Shown piece by piece: positions 11,097 to 28,700 of a DNA stretch of 64,000 bases. A program made the position numbers and the translations under genes. The DNA lies in contig JBLDXI010000020.1 of the NCBI GenBank assembly GCA_047495785.1, positions 2,356,001 to 2,420,000 of the forward strand, given 5' to 3'. The notes under the pieces were generated by a model, which was given only the letters and a program-made list of their open reading frames with translations, did not search any database and was not told where the DNA came from. Origin of the DNA: Lepidodermella squamata. Taxonomy: Eukaryota > Animalia > Gastrotricha. Each line of letters opens with the position of its first letter. Position 1 is the first letter of the stretch.

Positions 11097-13593
11097 ATGG
11101 GTAAACATGTTAAAGCAAAGCAACTGTCTACTGAATCGAAGATCGAAATTGAGCATGATCGTCAACATAGCTTCGGTAAAATTATCCATTTTCAACATTA
11201 AACTATTATGTGCTAATTTTATGTTTAGGTATCAAAATTGCTACGACAGCAGTAATTATTGCCGTAATTGCTGTCTTGACTGCATCATCTATAAACCCTT
11301 CATCACTGTTTGGCAGCAGTTCGTTTCAATTTATTTATCTTCAATATTATTTGTACTTTCTCAATTGTTTAAGATAAAGAGGATTCATTACAACGCGATG
11401 TTCCACCTAAGTCGTCTAATTCAGCTTCAAAAAGCAAGAGACCCGTGACGAAATCTGCCGAAAGCGTCATTAAAACAAAGAGAAAGCTCAACTGGCTGAA
11501 TGAATATGAAGATTTATTCGATCATTCTGCCGAGATATCAAAGTGGGACATTTTTCGTCCGCCGAAAACTGATGCTTCTTTTGGCATATTTTCTCTTTAT
11601 GATAAGGTAATTTCGTTTATATTTACTGTGCCAGTTATAATTCTGTTATAAATCTGCATCTAGAAAGATTACCTCAATGCAAAACACGAATTTCAATACG
11701 CACTCAATAGTAATCAGAGATCGTTTTGGGCCCTATATGGCGCTGCTATATCTGCCGATCAACTAGCGGAACAGGAGCAAACTAATCAGCTATTGGAGGA
11801 ATCCATTGAGTTTTACGCGGCTCTATGTAATTTACGTTTGGACGTCGCGGTGATGTCTGCCGTGGAACAAGACGCAGAATTAGCTGCTTGTAGACGAATG
11901 TCTGACCGTCTCTCATTCCGTGGCTGGTCAAAGCGAGCAATAGAAGTGTTAACGGACCTATCTAAGCGATATCCCAACGAAAGGTCAATTCATCACGACG
12001 TGGGCATTCAGCTCATTATGACTGGCCAGCATTCAAAGGCGAAAAAGTTATTTCAAATGCTGTTGGAGGTCGATAAAAACGACGGTTTTTCTGCCGTTCA
12101 TATGGGATTTATTCTGAAAACAATTGAGAACGATCATGCGAACGCAATTCCACTGCTGATTCAAGGTCTGAAAAGCGGTGTGCCTGGCGTGAAAGATGGG
12201 CGTTTTTACTATCATTTAGGTAGGTGTCAAATTTCTTCATTCAAATATTAGTGTTATTATTTTCGTTTCCTATTCTAGGTGATGCTTTAGTTCGTCTCGG
12301 AAGGCCTGAAGAGGTTAGTCTAGAATTTTACTGCCGCCTCCGAAATCGCGCAATATTGTTCAAATTATATTGATTTTGAGCAATGCGCTCTCAGCGATCA
12401 TCTTTTGCGATTTCTTACGCTGCGTCAGGCTTGTCATATGAGGAAGCTGCGGTGATGATCAAGAGGCGTAGTTTTTTCTGAAGAATATATTTATTATTGC
12501 TTCTGCTGCCGCTAATACTACACGCGTGGTGTCGGTACACATCTGGCCACTTAATGTGTTATTTTCAGTAATTGTATTTCGCGCTCATTTGTACAAGCGT
12601 ACTACTGATTCGCTGTGATGTTCGTCATCGTAAAGAACGATCATTACTGCGCATCGCCCTAGGCTGCGTTTTTTTCACAAATTTTTTTGTCTAATATCTA
12701 GGCTGAGAAGTGGTACGAGGAGGGCTATCGAATGGGCGTTTTTTTGGCACCCAACCAGCGCTCGCTATACAGTGTCGCTAATCTCGAGGCAAAACCGTGG
12801 TGGTCGCTGGCGGAAACGCGCCACGAAGCCGAGTTGAAATTACTTATCGCTAATTGGAAAGAAATTCTACGTGAAGGACTCGCTAATTTAGACAAAGAAA
12901 CAGGTCTGTTCAAGCCTGAGGACGAAAAGCTACGCGATTACGGAGACTGGAAACAGTTGACTTTATTCCAGCGAGGTTATTCATAAATTTTTCATTGCAT
13001 TTATTGGCTATTTACTTACGACATGTATTCATGAAAATGCAGGGTCCAAAGTTGCGGCAAATTGCCAGAAAGCGCCTATAACTTGCGGATTAATCGATCG
13101 ATTTTCCGACGCGGCGTCTTGTCGCCGCGGTCAAGTTAAGGTAATTTGAAAAATTTAAGGAAGATTTGTTGTAATAATACGCTCTATATGTAGTTCTCTG
13201 TTATGAAGCCTAAAACACATGTTTGGCCTCACACCGGGCCGACAAACTGCCGCCTACGCGCTCATTTAGGTCTGAAGGTACTTGAATGGAAAACAAAATT
13301 TGAAAATATTTACTCAAACTTATTCGGCTAATAATTGCAGGTTCCTGAGGGGACCTACATCACCGTGGCAAAAGAGACCAAGTGAGTCACTAGAGACGAA
13401 TGTTTTTCAAATGAATAATGATCATTTAAATAATAATAATAGGCAATGGGAGGAGGGTAAAATAATTGTGTTAGACGACAGTTTTGAGCACGAAGTCTGG
13501 CACAACGGAACCGAAGACCGCCTCATTCTGATTATCGACTTCTGGCATCCGCAAATTACTGCTCAGCAAAAAAGCCACCTCAAGCCAATTTAA
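11097..13593 (+). CDS. ASPH: Aspartyl/asparaginyl beta-hydroxylase (type II ER membrane 2OG oxygenase), multi-exon
   Basis: N-terminal TM segment IATTAVIIAVIAVL, TPR-like region, DGRFYYHLGDAL, QRSLY..PWW, GDWKQLTL, VWPHTGPTNCRLRAHLGL, DDSFEHEVW and IDFWHP. Confidence 0.93.
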
Positions 13594-14252
13594 CGTTGTG
13601 TGCTATTTTTATGGCAAGTGTAATAATCTTTTTCCGCTGATATGTGCCTGACTTCTTTCAAACACCCTTATCAGTAATTTGGGTTATCGTAACGATATTG
13701 CGTTGTTTTTTATAGGCTTTTCTTATTCTTTTTTAGCTTTCTTGTGAAAATGTTATTCATCGTGTTTTATTTATTGTTGTTAGCCCTAAAAAACCACTCT
13801 TCCCCAAGGCCTTTCACGTGTATTTCTGGCGTATCTTACAGCGACTGATATTATTTTAAAAGCACGCAGTGCGATAATATTACTGCCTTTCTCGTTCTAA
13901 CGCAAAGAAGTGGCCTTCATCATCATGATTTGCTCATTCCTGGTGTTATGTTTGCCTGCCATGTCTTCAGACCTGCTTTGAGATTTTAATGATATGCAAA
14001 ATTGACGTTCTTCAAACGCGACCCAAAAAACTATTATTATTATTACTATAATTATTTCTAGTCTCACGTAACGCATAATAGCACAACAGCAGCCGACAAG
14101 GCAAATAACGATTCTTATATTTGTTTAGGGTTTTAATTTCGATAATTATGTAATCTGGTCATTCTCAACGAATCAAAATTGCGGAAAAACTATTCGGCAG
14201 TGTTATTTATTTATTCGAAGCAATATCCTCGCTTTGAAGCGAGCGTGAACTC

Positions 14253-17200
14253 ATGGTATCAGTTGCGCTAAATCTTCCGACAACAGCGGCAACCTCGTCT
14301 CCTGGCGGTGCTAATTCTGATTCGAATAATTCAAATAGTAAAAACCACGTTCTAGTCAGTAAATCACAGTTTTCGAAAAGCAGCAGTGGCAGCGTGAAGC
14401 ACCACTCGTCGGCTACTAATCCGTCGAAGCCGTTCAAAGCTTCGCGTTCGCAGAATTCATTCGACACCAACTCGACGCCGATGAACTCTGAAGCGACGCA
14501 GCAGCAGCAGCAGTCGGAGGTGGTCGGTGATAGTCGGGCTAGTTTTTCGGCTGCCTCGCAGTCGTCGGTGCACTCTGGTCTTCTTCTCCTTCAAACTCAG
14601 TCATCTGTCTCCAATTCAACCCCGTTGAATTCAAACTCAGTCAATAATGTTAATAGTTCGAGCAACAATGTTGCAAATTGCGGATCCAGTGAACAGCAAC
14701 AGCAGCGCGACGTCGTAGCTGAAGGGATGCTGTGTAAATATACGAATGTCGTGAATGGATGGAAAAATCGATGGTTTGTCCTGAACAAGGATGTGCTCGA
14801 GTACTACGAGGTATTAACGATTTTCGATGTATCACATAGCAAATAATACTGACTCCAAATATCGAATAGTTGTAAAAATGAGATATAGGTATCACGTGAT
14901 TCACGGCGTTGTTTACTAGTTATTGATGGATTATTAAGGCGCATTCGGTTTCTGGCAAGAATTATTTATTTGTGTAAATTTGCCATTAGACGCATGAATA
15001 TGGCAGGGTATAAAATGCGATCTGACCTGTGGCTATACACTATAGCTAAAAGTATATATCGTGGATTGCGCACTTATTTGCTGTAGAATCATTTCCATAC
15101 CTTCCTTTAGGCCTTTAAGCCCTAGTGGGAATTTATTACCAAAATGACATGTCTTTCCTTAGAATTTTGCTGGTTGCCGAATTAGCCATTTGATTTCGGA
15201 ATTTAGGCTTTTCTGTTTGGATTTTTCATGATGATCATGCTGAATTTTTCATGATTTTTCTGTAAGTGTTTCGAATCCATGGGGCTTGTTAAAAAAATTT
15301 TCGCTTCTGTACATAATTTTAGGTTAGTTTATTCATATTCTAATTTTCGTGATAGCTGTATGATATAAATACTAAATGGGAAATTTCTTGTTGGAATTAA
15401 ATTCCTTTATTTTCGGTTTTCTTCCTCCAATTGATTTTAAAAGTAATTGGTATTATTGATTACTTACAGCAATTTACAAAATTGTGAGAATAATCGATTT
15501 TGAGACATTATTTTTTCTTTTAATTGGATTTCAAAATTATAGATGGCATTTCTGAATCTGAATAATTCCTTCAATTTTAATCAAGGCGATGATTTATTCC
15601 TTAGTATAAAATGTTGGCAATAATTAAGATTAGGATTGTGGGCGAAATTTCACGTTGGATATTTTTTCCGACTTGTGCATCCTGGATTTTCTTCCCGAGC
15701 AATGAATAGCTGAAATTTTTCTCAAGTGGTTTCCACACTTGAGTATTTTATTAAACAATTTTGCCCTTGGATAAATATCCCTTGGATTCTATAAATAGAG
15801 ATCCGCGGGGCCTTGAAGATTGATATTTTCTATGAAATGATTGATTATGAAACTACTTGATTGTATTTTGTTTCATCTAACAGAAAGAGGATCACAAATG
15901 CAATCTTCAGAAGCCTCGTGGAACGCTTTCAATTTTCGGTGCTACAGTGGTTCCATCTGACGACGACTTTCTCACCTTCACGTTGACAACGCAAAGCGGC
16001 CAGATACTGAAGCTGAAAGGTGCGTCCGGCTACTATCCATTTTTTTAGTTGTTTAAGCCTGAATTATTGATGCGCGTTGAGTGGCGCTGTTTGTATTGAC
16101 CGATACGGCGCGCTTTTTTCTGAGCGAGCGAGCGAGAGATAGCTGCTCAGGGCCGGCACTATTGCCCACTGGTGTGGTAATACAGTGTTGAGACCCCCTC
16201 TTTTGTGTTACGAGATGTATAAAAAACCACACATGCAAAATTTGCCCTTGCCCTATTGAAATAAAACAGCGGTAGTAGTAGTAGTAGTGTGAATATTTTC
16301 GCGTGCCAGGCTAATAAAGAGAACACGCTCAGTGCACACATTTTACACACTTGGGCAATGATAAAAAATTCTGATATCTCCTTACTATAACTACTTTAGC
16401 TCAAGGTTTATATCATTTTAGCGTGTTATTACGTTGTTATTATTGTTTTTATAGCTTCGGATCAAAAGGAACGCAGTTTTTGGATAAGTCGTTTGAGGCA
16501 AGCTGCTACTACATCGGTTTCATCGTCGGCTATTTTGTGGTCGGCAGCTAGTACGGGCGGTCAGAAATCGGTGACAGGTGCTCTGGATTCGCCATTGATA
16601 ACGCCCCGTTTGACGAAAAACGAAATGATCGCGCAATATTCCGGCCAAAAACACGACGGCGACTCATCGCAGCCAGCAACTGGCGGCGGTCTGATGTCAG
16701 CCGCTCACAGCGAACTGCGCACCTCTTCGGCGGTAAGCCAAGCCCAGGCGTCGTACACAACGACCTGCGCTGTTAAGGATAAACTTCGCGAGGCGATTGA
16801 ACGGTTGCCGAACCGGGCGTTCGCGCTGGACGTGCAAATTTTGCAGTTAAAGGCAAATGCGAGTGCGGTGTGTTCCGCTCTCGATCAATGCATTACAGCG
16901 GTTCGGAAACAGCAGATGAGCACGCCGCTGACTTCGAAATCCCTGAATTCATCCTTAAATGGCCGTCCGCCAATTGGCGGCGGAAGTTCGACGGCGAATT
17001 TAGCGGTTAATACCAATGTTACCTCGCCGCCTCTGCAGCAAGACACGTCGCCCCGACGGCCCGTCAGAGCTTTCACTGAGCCCAGCTCGGCCATCCTCCC
17101 CGCCGCTGCCGCTCGAAGCGCGAATGCTTCCAATACCCAGAATTTGCTAGCCGTCGTACCAGCGGCCCAGCCGTCTCTGCTACCCATTGACCACGATAAG

Positions 17201-18670
17201 GCGGTTGAAGATGCGGAGCGGTATCGCGAGACTGGCATCGGCAATGTCGAACCGCAACGGCCGGTTATTTTGCAAATGCTGGCGGAGCTCAAACTCGGCA
17301 TGGATCTTACACGCGTTTCTTTGCCCACTTTCATCCTCGAAAAACGGTCGCTATTAGAAATGTTCGCCGATTGCATGGGACATCCTGATCTTTTTGTGAA
17401 GTAAGCGTTTTGATAAAATTATGTTCAAAATTCTGAAAATTCGAACAAAAACTGGGCAAGGTTATTCCTGATTTTCTGGCGAATTTTTCATATTTTTGCC
17501 TAATTTTTAGAAATTAAAACCAACTAATTTGTTTGACCTCATTTCTGAGACGAATTTTAAAATTTCCTTACATTTAACTTGAATCACTGTTATAATTATT
17601 TGTATTTTAGGATTGCCGACCAACCCGACCCTGAATCGCGAATGAATCAAGTTTTAATCTGGTACCTGACTTCAATCCACGCTGGTCGCCAAGGTGATAT
17701 CTCGAAGAAGCCGTACAATCCGCTGATTGGCGAAACTTTTCACTGCTGCTGGGACTTGCCAAGTCCGCCGAACTCGTCTCCATCTAACCGCATCACTTTC
17801 ACCGCAGAGCAAGTGTCCCACCACCCGCCGGTCTCGGCTTTCTACTTCGAATGCCCGTCGAAAGGCATGACACTGAACGGGTCGATATGGACGAAATCGC
17901 AGTTCCTCGGCATGTCGATCGGAGCTCAAATGATTGGCCAAATTACACTGAACATTCTCAGCCGCGGCGAGCAGTACGTCATGACGCTGCCGTCGGCATA
18001 CGCGCGTTCGATTCTTTCATACCCGTGGGTTGAACTCGGAGACCGGTGCACTATCAACTGCCCCCAGACTGGTTACACGGCATCGGTGGTTTTTCATACG
18101 AAAGGCGCCTATGGCGGGACTTTACATCGAATCAGCGGCGAGGTTCATCCGCCAAATTCTTCAGCGCCATCGCTTCGCTTTTCAGGCGAATGGACCGGTC
18201 GCATTGATTTCAATAAACCGTCTGGAGAAGTGTTTTCTATCGATGTGGCTCAACTACCGCTCCTTAACAAGAAAGTTCGGCCCTTGGCGATGCAAGAAGA
18301 GTGGGAAAGTCGGAGACTATGGCAATCGGTTACCCAGGCACTGAAATCCGGTGACATTGAAGGAGCAACATCTAATAAGAAAATTGTGAGTATTTCAATT
18401 TAGCTATTTTTCAATCGATTTCAATTTTTATCTGTTTTTCTTCAGCTCGAGGAGCAGCAAAGACAGGCAGAGCGAATCCGGAAGGACAAAAACATCGTTT
18501 ATGAGGCCAAGGTACAATTATTTGATGAATGCCTATATTTGTTTCGTAATTGAATTTGTTCGCAGTATTTTGATCGTGGTTCAAGCGATTCGAATTGGGT
18601 TTATAAAAACCCGCTCCGGACACCCGTGAGTGAACGTCGCTCTACCCCGTTGACATCTGCGGCTAATTGA
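14253..18670 (+). CDS. OSBPL11: Oxysterol-binding protein-related protein, ORP10/11 type (PH domain plus ORD)
   Basis: PH start [21 protein letters not shown]; [26 protein letters not shown]; KKPYNP; OSBP fingerprint EQVSHHPP. The last exon ends at TGA 18668-18670. ORP10 and ORP11 cannot be told apart here. Confidence 0.88.
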
Positions 18671-20767
18671 CAGCCATTAAATTAATTTTCTGAAAGCTCT
18701 CTCGTTAAAGCTAACATATTATATTGTTGATTTGATTAGTTGCTTCTATGATATTTGTCACTGTGCATGGTATGAAATCGCAATAATTATATATTACACA
18801 TGCCGCAAGTTTTCGTGATGATGAACGCAAATGCCCTTCTAATACACGACCTTTCCCAAGCTACGGAATACGCGTGTGCGTGTTTAGTTTTTTGGCACAT
18901 TTCTTACTGACTTGGTGCGTGGAATTCGAAACATTATTTCTTAAATGTTAAAATGCAGTCTCAACTAATATATTTGTTTATATAGAGGTAAGCTCAACAA
19001 ATCGTTATGGAGATGTACCTGTTAGAGCAATGCAAGCACCTTATGTGGCTCATTATAGCCATGTTTTGTGCGCTGAATGTGTTGATTGAAGGATATGTTT
19101 AATTGTAGCTGGTCACGTAAAGATGGAGACGTGAGTAAATGATCATCTTGTCGTCATTATAACACAACTTGAATGAATGCCATTTTCGGCCGCATGTCCT
19201 GAATGAATGCATCGTCTTATCAGCTCACATTGAAATGGGCTACTAAAAAAGGTAAACTAACAGTTGCAAACCCTATTATGTAACTGGATATTTTTAAAAT
19301 TGGAGAATAAACACAATTTGTTGTCGATTATTTGTCCATATTTCGCTATCAGCTTAGCAGCTGCCCCAAGAGTCTTGTACCATTCAACCTATTTTAGTCT
19401 CTTATCCATCGATAGACATTCATAATACGTCTTTTTCCTAATGCATGTGTTCAAACGAGACATGGCAAGGGACTCAGGCAGTTTTTGTTTAGCATCAAAC
19501 GGTTTTTCGTCCTTAACAATCTGCTGCACTCCATTTGTTGCGCGAAAACCGCAATTAACAAAAATTCTGAATAAGGGGCGGAATTAGTTTTCATGTCTCA
19601 TTTCACGTCTCAGTTTCCAGTCGTGAGAAGCCAGCGGAATCATCCGAATGAAATTCAAATCGTACCGCATGATTCAATGAGCGGCCGAACCGCTTACCGC
19701 GTCTACCTGTATTCTCGGTTTACCTACACGCTACACGCTAATAGAACTAAAAAATGAATCAACGAGAGCATCTGTCATTAGAAGGCTCTTATACCTTGAG
19801 ATTACCTCGAGATGAGCTAGGCACGTTGCTTAATTGGATTACATCGGCAAAAGAATTATCTATTCCGACAACCAAAAGTTCAAGTTGCTCATTCACCAGG
19901 GAAAGATGGATGAAAAATTATGGCGAAAGAATCTTGACCATGATAACATCTTCAAGCAAAGTGAACATGTGGGGTTTCAATTTTCAATCATTTTCAGTTT
20001 CTGCAATTCTCTGACTTCTGACTGCAGTTTCGCGTGCGGAGTGTCGAGCAATGCGTTGGAATTTCACGACAAGTGATGTTTAGCTGCAAAGTGAAAGATT
20101 CCGACCTTTCGCAACACACTCTCAAATCAAGCGTTGGCCCATTCTACACGTGCGGAACAATCGGCTGCCGACGGAAGTCGACTTAACGGTTGGCTAAACA
20201 ACGAGATAATTAAAAAATAAACATGCGGCAAAAAATTAGTGTATTTTCAATTTTACATATGGAGAACAGCAGAAATTGAATAATTCTTACTGAAAAATAT
20301 ATTACAAGTTTTCACCAATTATTACTCACTCCTTGCTTAGCCCGCGCAATTTTGTTTTATCTCGGCCGTAAAAAAACGAGCGGTTAGTTTTAGGCCGTCA
20401 GGATACTCGTCTTTAAAGAAAATGGTGATCTATGGCCCGCCCGATTTTAGAACGAGACGGGTTTGAGATGAATTTGTCGTTGGGCGGGTTCGTCTGAGCA
20501 TGATGAAACGCTAATTTCAAGGAATTCTGAGGCTTGGTGCCCCCAGATGAACAACTTCATCTGCATGTTCGGGCACCACGCTCCTTTTCGAGAGGCTCAA
20601 CTCCACCTTGGACTATAAATTCAGCTTATTACTTATGAACCCAAGGTTTAATACTAATTTGCTTCGTTTTCCGCGACATTGGTGTTGACGACTGTTGTAG
20701 TCGCCAGTCAACGCCCGCGAAGTCATGTTCACTTGTGTCATCCGGCTCCAAATTCACGGCTTCGATA

Positions 20768-21162
20768 AACTGAAATGTGAGTACCGGGCAGCGCTCTAGC
20801 GAGGGATTTTCGACAAGCGAACCAGTAGACCCTTGGGTACAAACCGCCTTGATATGACCCGGATGCAGGTGATCGTTGTAGTCGCCGCTTCTTCCTTCAG
20901 TGAACTGGAAAGTTAGTTCCGGGTAACGCTCTAAAGAGGGATTTTCGACAAGCGAACCAGTAGACCCCTGGGTACAAACCGCCTTGATATGACCCGGATG
21001 CAGGTGATCGTTGTAGTCGCCGCTTCTTCCTTCAGTGAACTGGAAAGTTAGTTCCGGGTAACGCTCTAAAGAGGGATTTTCGACAAGCGAACCAGTAGAC
21101 CCCTGGGTACAAACCGCCTTGATATGACCCGGGTGCAGGTGATCGTTGTAGTCGCCGCTTCT
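20768..21162. repeat. Tandem repeat, 135-bp unit, about 2.9 copies
   Basis: GAGGGATTTTCGACAAGCGAACCAGTAGACCC recurs at 20801, 20936 and 21071. The units are near identical. Confidence 0.95.
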
Positions 21163-21616
21163 GAAATTCGGAAATTTCGATGTGGACTCACCTTACTGTC
21201 AACACTTAGTTGACTTGGTTGAAAATTGGCATTATTCCTGTCAGATTAGACGTCGTACTGAAAGTTGCCACTTCAATGAATCCGCTGGCATCAAAAATGA
21301 CGCAATTGATCGTTTCCATGATCGCCTATTCGCTTTTGGCTCGCAGTTCCATAGTGGCGGGCGGATGGATATTAGATTGGAGTTAGGTGAGAGAGGTTTG
21401 ATGTGATAAATCTGTTAGTTGAAGGGATAACTCTCTCAGATGTTCGTTTAGTACTTGATTGGGTACTTAACCTTTCGACTCGACTGTACTCTTCATGTTG
21501 CTTCAACTGTAGCATTATGGATGACAGCCAAGGTAGATTAGGTAGCGTTTAGGCTATCGAGGTTTTAACTGACTATCTGTTTTGCCATTTTAGTGTTCAT
21601 TATAACTTTTTCATCG

Positions 21617-25790
<4,174 letters not shown>

Positions 25791-28700
25791 ATGTTTTATT
25801 GTTGTGAACTGATTTTTGGTATTCGAGCCAATAAACGTTTGTAAAATTCTTTAATTTAATGTGTTTTCATTTATAAAAAGTTAGCGGTGGAACTAGTTCC
25901 CAAGGCGTTGATCATAGAAACCAGGCAAATCAAGCTAAATCAGCAGACCCTAGTAACCCTAGAACAACAAGTTCATAAAAAACCACTTATCGATGAGATC
26001 GCGATCAAGAAGCACGGCACGATTTCTAGCAGCTTTTTCCGATATGAACACGCTACATTTTTGTTGGTCCAATGTCACAAATTGTGCAGAGTTTTCACCT
26101 GCACTTCAATTTTTTCAATCTTTCCTTCATCTTTGATTACCGCGTTCCTTCAAGTTGCTTTCTCTTAACAAGATGCATAAAAATTGCGCGGTTTTAGTGC
26201 TTTATATAGGGTAGGGGGAGGGTGAACTTTGTCACCAGCCTGTATAACAGCGCTATGGCTCAGGCAGGATAAAGGCGCCAAACAGTTCTAGAACTGTTAA
26301 AATGACTGATCATTGGCCTCGAAGATTGACATTGACAATGGCAGAGGGCAAGTTCTCGTGAATACGACTTATGGATAAAACTTTAGTGGAAAAATACTTG
26401 GATGGGATAAAACTCGTGATTTAAAAAAAAATTGCTACCCTGAATTGTGGCCCATAAAGCAATGCTGCTTAGCTCTCATCTCAGAAAACTCATAGTCCGG
26501 AACACTTCTTTTTTGCAATTGTGCTGGGATTGTTATTTATTATTTGATGCTAAGCAAAGCTGACAGAGATGACTAACGCAAACCAGAAACGTGACGACTT
26601 GTTTGATGGCTAAATTTTCAGATGAATCGGATCTCAAATTAAACAAACAATAAAAAATCTGAATGCTCCCAACGGATCTGGATGAAAACTTACAGGCGTC
26701 ACGAACATACACATATTTTTATTCTGATCAGAATTTGACGGCAATCAATATTTGAGGATGAAAAATATTGAATCAGATCACAAGCTTCCGTTAATCGCAT
26801 GATTATCCAAGAAGAAATTGCTCCGGTTCTCACAAAGGAGTGGAGTTAGGTTGATAACAACCAATACCCGACATATGAACAACGAATACCTATCGGTTCA
26901 ATTGCTTAATTAGCTGAATTGTTTTGTCGGGAGAGTCGGCGGTATGTTGTTTTTTTGTTTAAGTGTGTTAATCTTTAGAGCCCGATTTGTTATTAGACGC
27001 AAAATTGATTTGTTAGATATGTACTCTGGTCAACGATGTTGGATGTAGAGTCCACGAAAAGATTTGAATTTCGCGGCAAATATCATAAACATAATTTCTT
27101 GGTATATGTTTTTCTATAATTTTATAAACTATTACCACATACTAAGGAAAATATATGTCGCAAAAGTTTACGATTTAGCCGCGCTCGGTCGCTATTTTCT
27201 CTTTTGCCAAATTTTTGTTCGCTTGCTGACCTTTTTGGGAGTGAGAATGTTGATGCTGGCCTCCTGAAAGCAGAGTCGCAGAAGGTTTTTCATGTTCAAT
27301 GCCTGGCCGCGTTGATCCGTCAAACGATTTGAAAATCTGAGATCTAAGAATCATAAGCACTCATAATCAAGAGGTTTATTCGGGTCAATCCTCGAATCTC
27401 GTCGCTTCTCGCTTCCCTGTTTCCAATTTTTTAATGAACTTATCACTCACTGTTTTTTTTTCATGCTTTCTATATCGATCTCGGAGCACTTGGAAGCTGA
27501 TCGAATTACGATGACTTATATTCATCTACGTTCAGTTTCTTCTCAACTGTATTATTACTTTCTTCGACAGAGAAGGCACCATGCATTATGCAGTGCATTT
27601 GTACTCGATCTGTGCCTGTTCGAAAATTGTTTCAAAGCTTGAGATTTGTTCCCACTGTATTCCAATCTTATTTTGACTTTCCTTTATTGCCGAAGCATTA
27701 GCCGGAAAAGTAGAATGTATCAAGTCGATTTCTTGGAGTGTCTCGGAGTGCACGCACAAACCATGGGTTCGAATTGAAAGGGAAAGCAAACGCGTCGTAT
27801 TTTAAACAGAAGCCATGTTTGATAGTTGATAGTTCGAGTCCCTTTTTAAGGGCTGATTGTCTACTCCAACATGGTATCGCATATATTTGTTAAGAGCTTG
27901 CTGATTTAGAACATGCATTTGACCCACTTCCCATGGCATATGATGCTGTTGGCAGCTATTGCGATTCATGGCGGGGTTAGATATTCATATCGGGCTGTTT
28001 GTTGTGTTGTCTTTCTTACTTTCTGTAGTTTTTAGAGTGCTATCTTTAATCATGGCTTATGCCCGAGATCGAGGCGTCGATTTACCGTAATTATTGGCAA
28101 TATCGCCTTACCTGGAACTTGTTAATGGAATTTTTGTGCTTTCCATTGCTTTTTGTTGGTAGCATAGTCTTCTATTTTCTAAATTAGTGTCAACCTCGAA
28201 TCACATTTAAAGCCCCCATGTTCAGCGAAAAACTCAGCTCTTTTTGATGCCATGGACTAGCTTCCAGACGCGCCTGAAAGTTTAGAGAGCCTCCTGTTAT
28301 AAAAATAGCACGTATCTTGCATTTTTCGAACTGAACGTGTTGCTCTCTTCTGTTTTGCACCAACTTATTTTCTTCTATGGATGAAGATGTTGAACAGGGG
28401 ATCTCCTGCTACGGTTTCGAACATGACAAAATAAACTGTAATTTGCGGGGGCCTGTGCCCACAGATCGATAATCATTGCTCAGGGCGAGTTGTATTATAG
28501 ATCGACTCAGATTGTAGAAATAATTACTTCAAGAAATTCTAGCTGCTAGTATTTGTTTAACCTTTGAATATTTTATTACAGTTAATTATGCGAGAATCCG
28601 CTTTTCATTCTCTCTGTGTGCAGTTTATTTTTTTATTATGGCAATACTTTATGGTTGGCGGGTTTGCAGTCGAAAGCGAGCCGCTTCGCTGCCCAATTAG

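Noticed and set aside
19593-20076. Short + strand ORFs vaguely like a decayed transposase or FLYWCH region
   Set aside because: Interrupted by stops with no diagnostic motif; it needs a translated search.
20768-21162. Repeats considered as a CRISPR array
   Set aside because: The units are contiguous with no unique spacers, the context is eukaryotic, and there are no cas genes.
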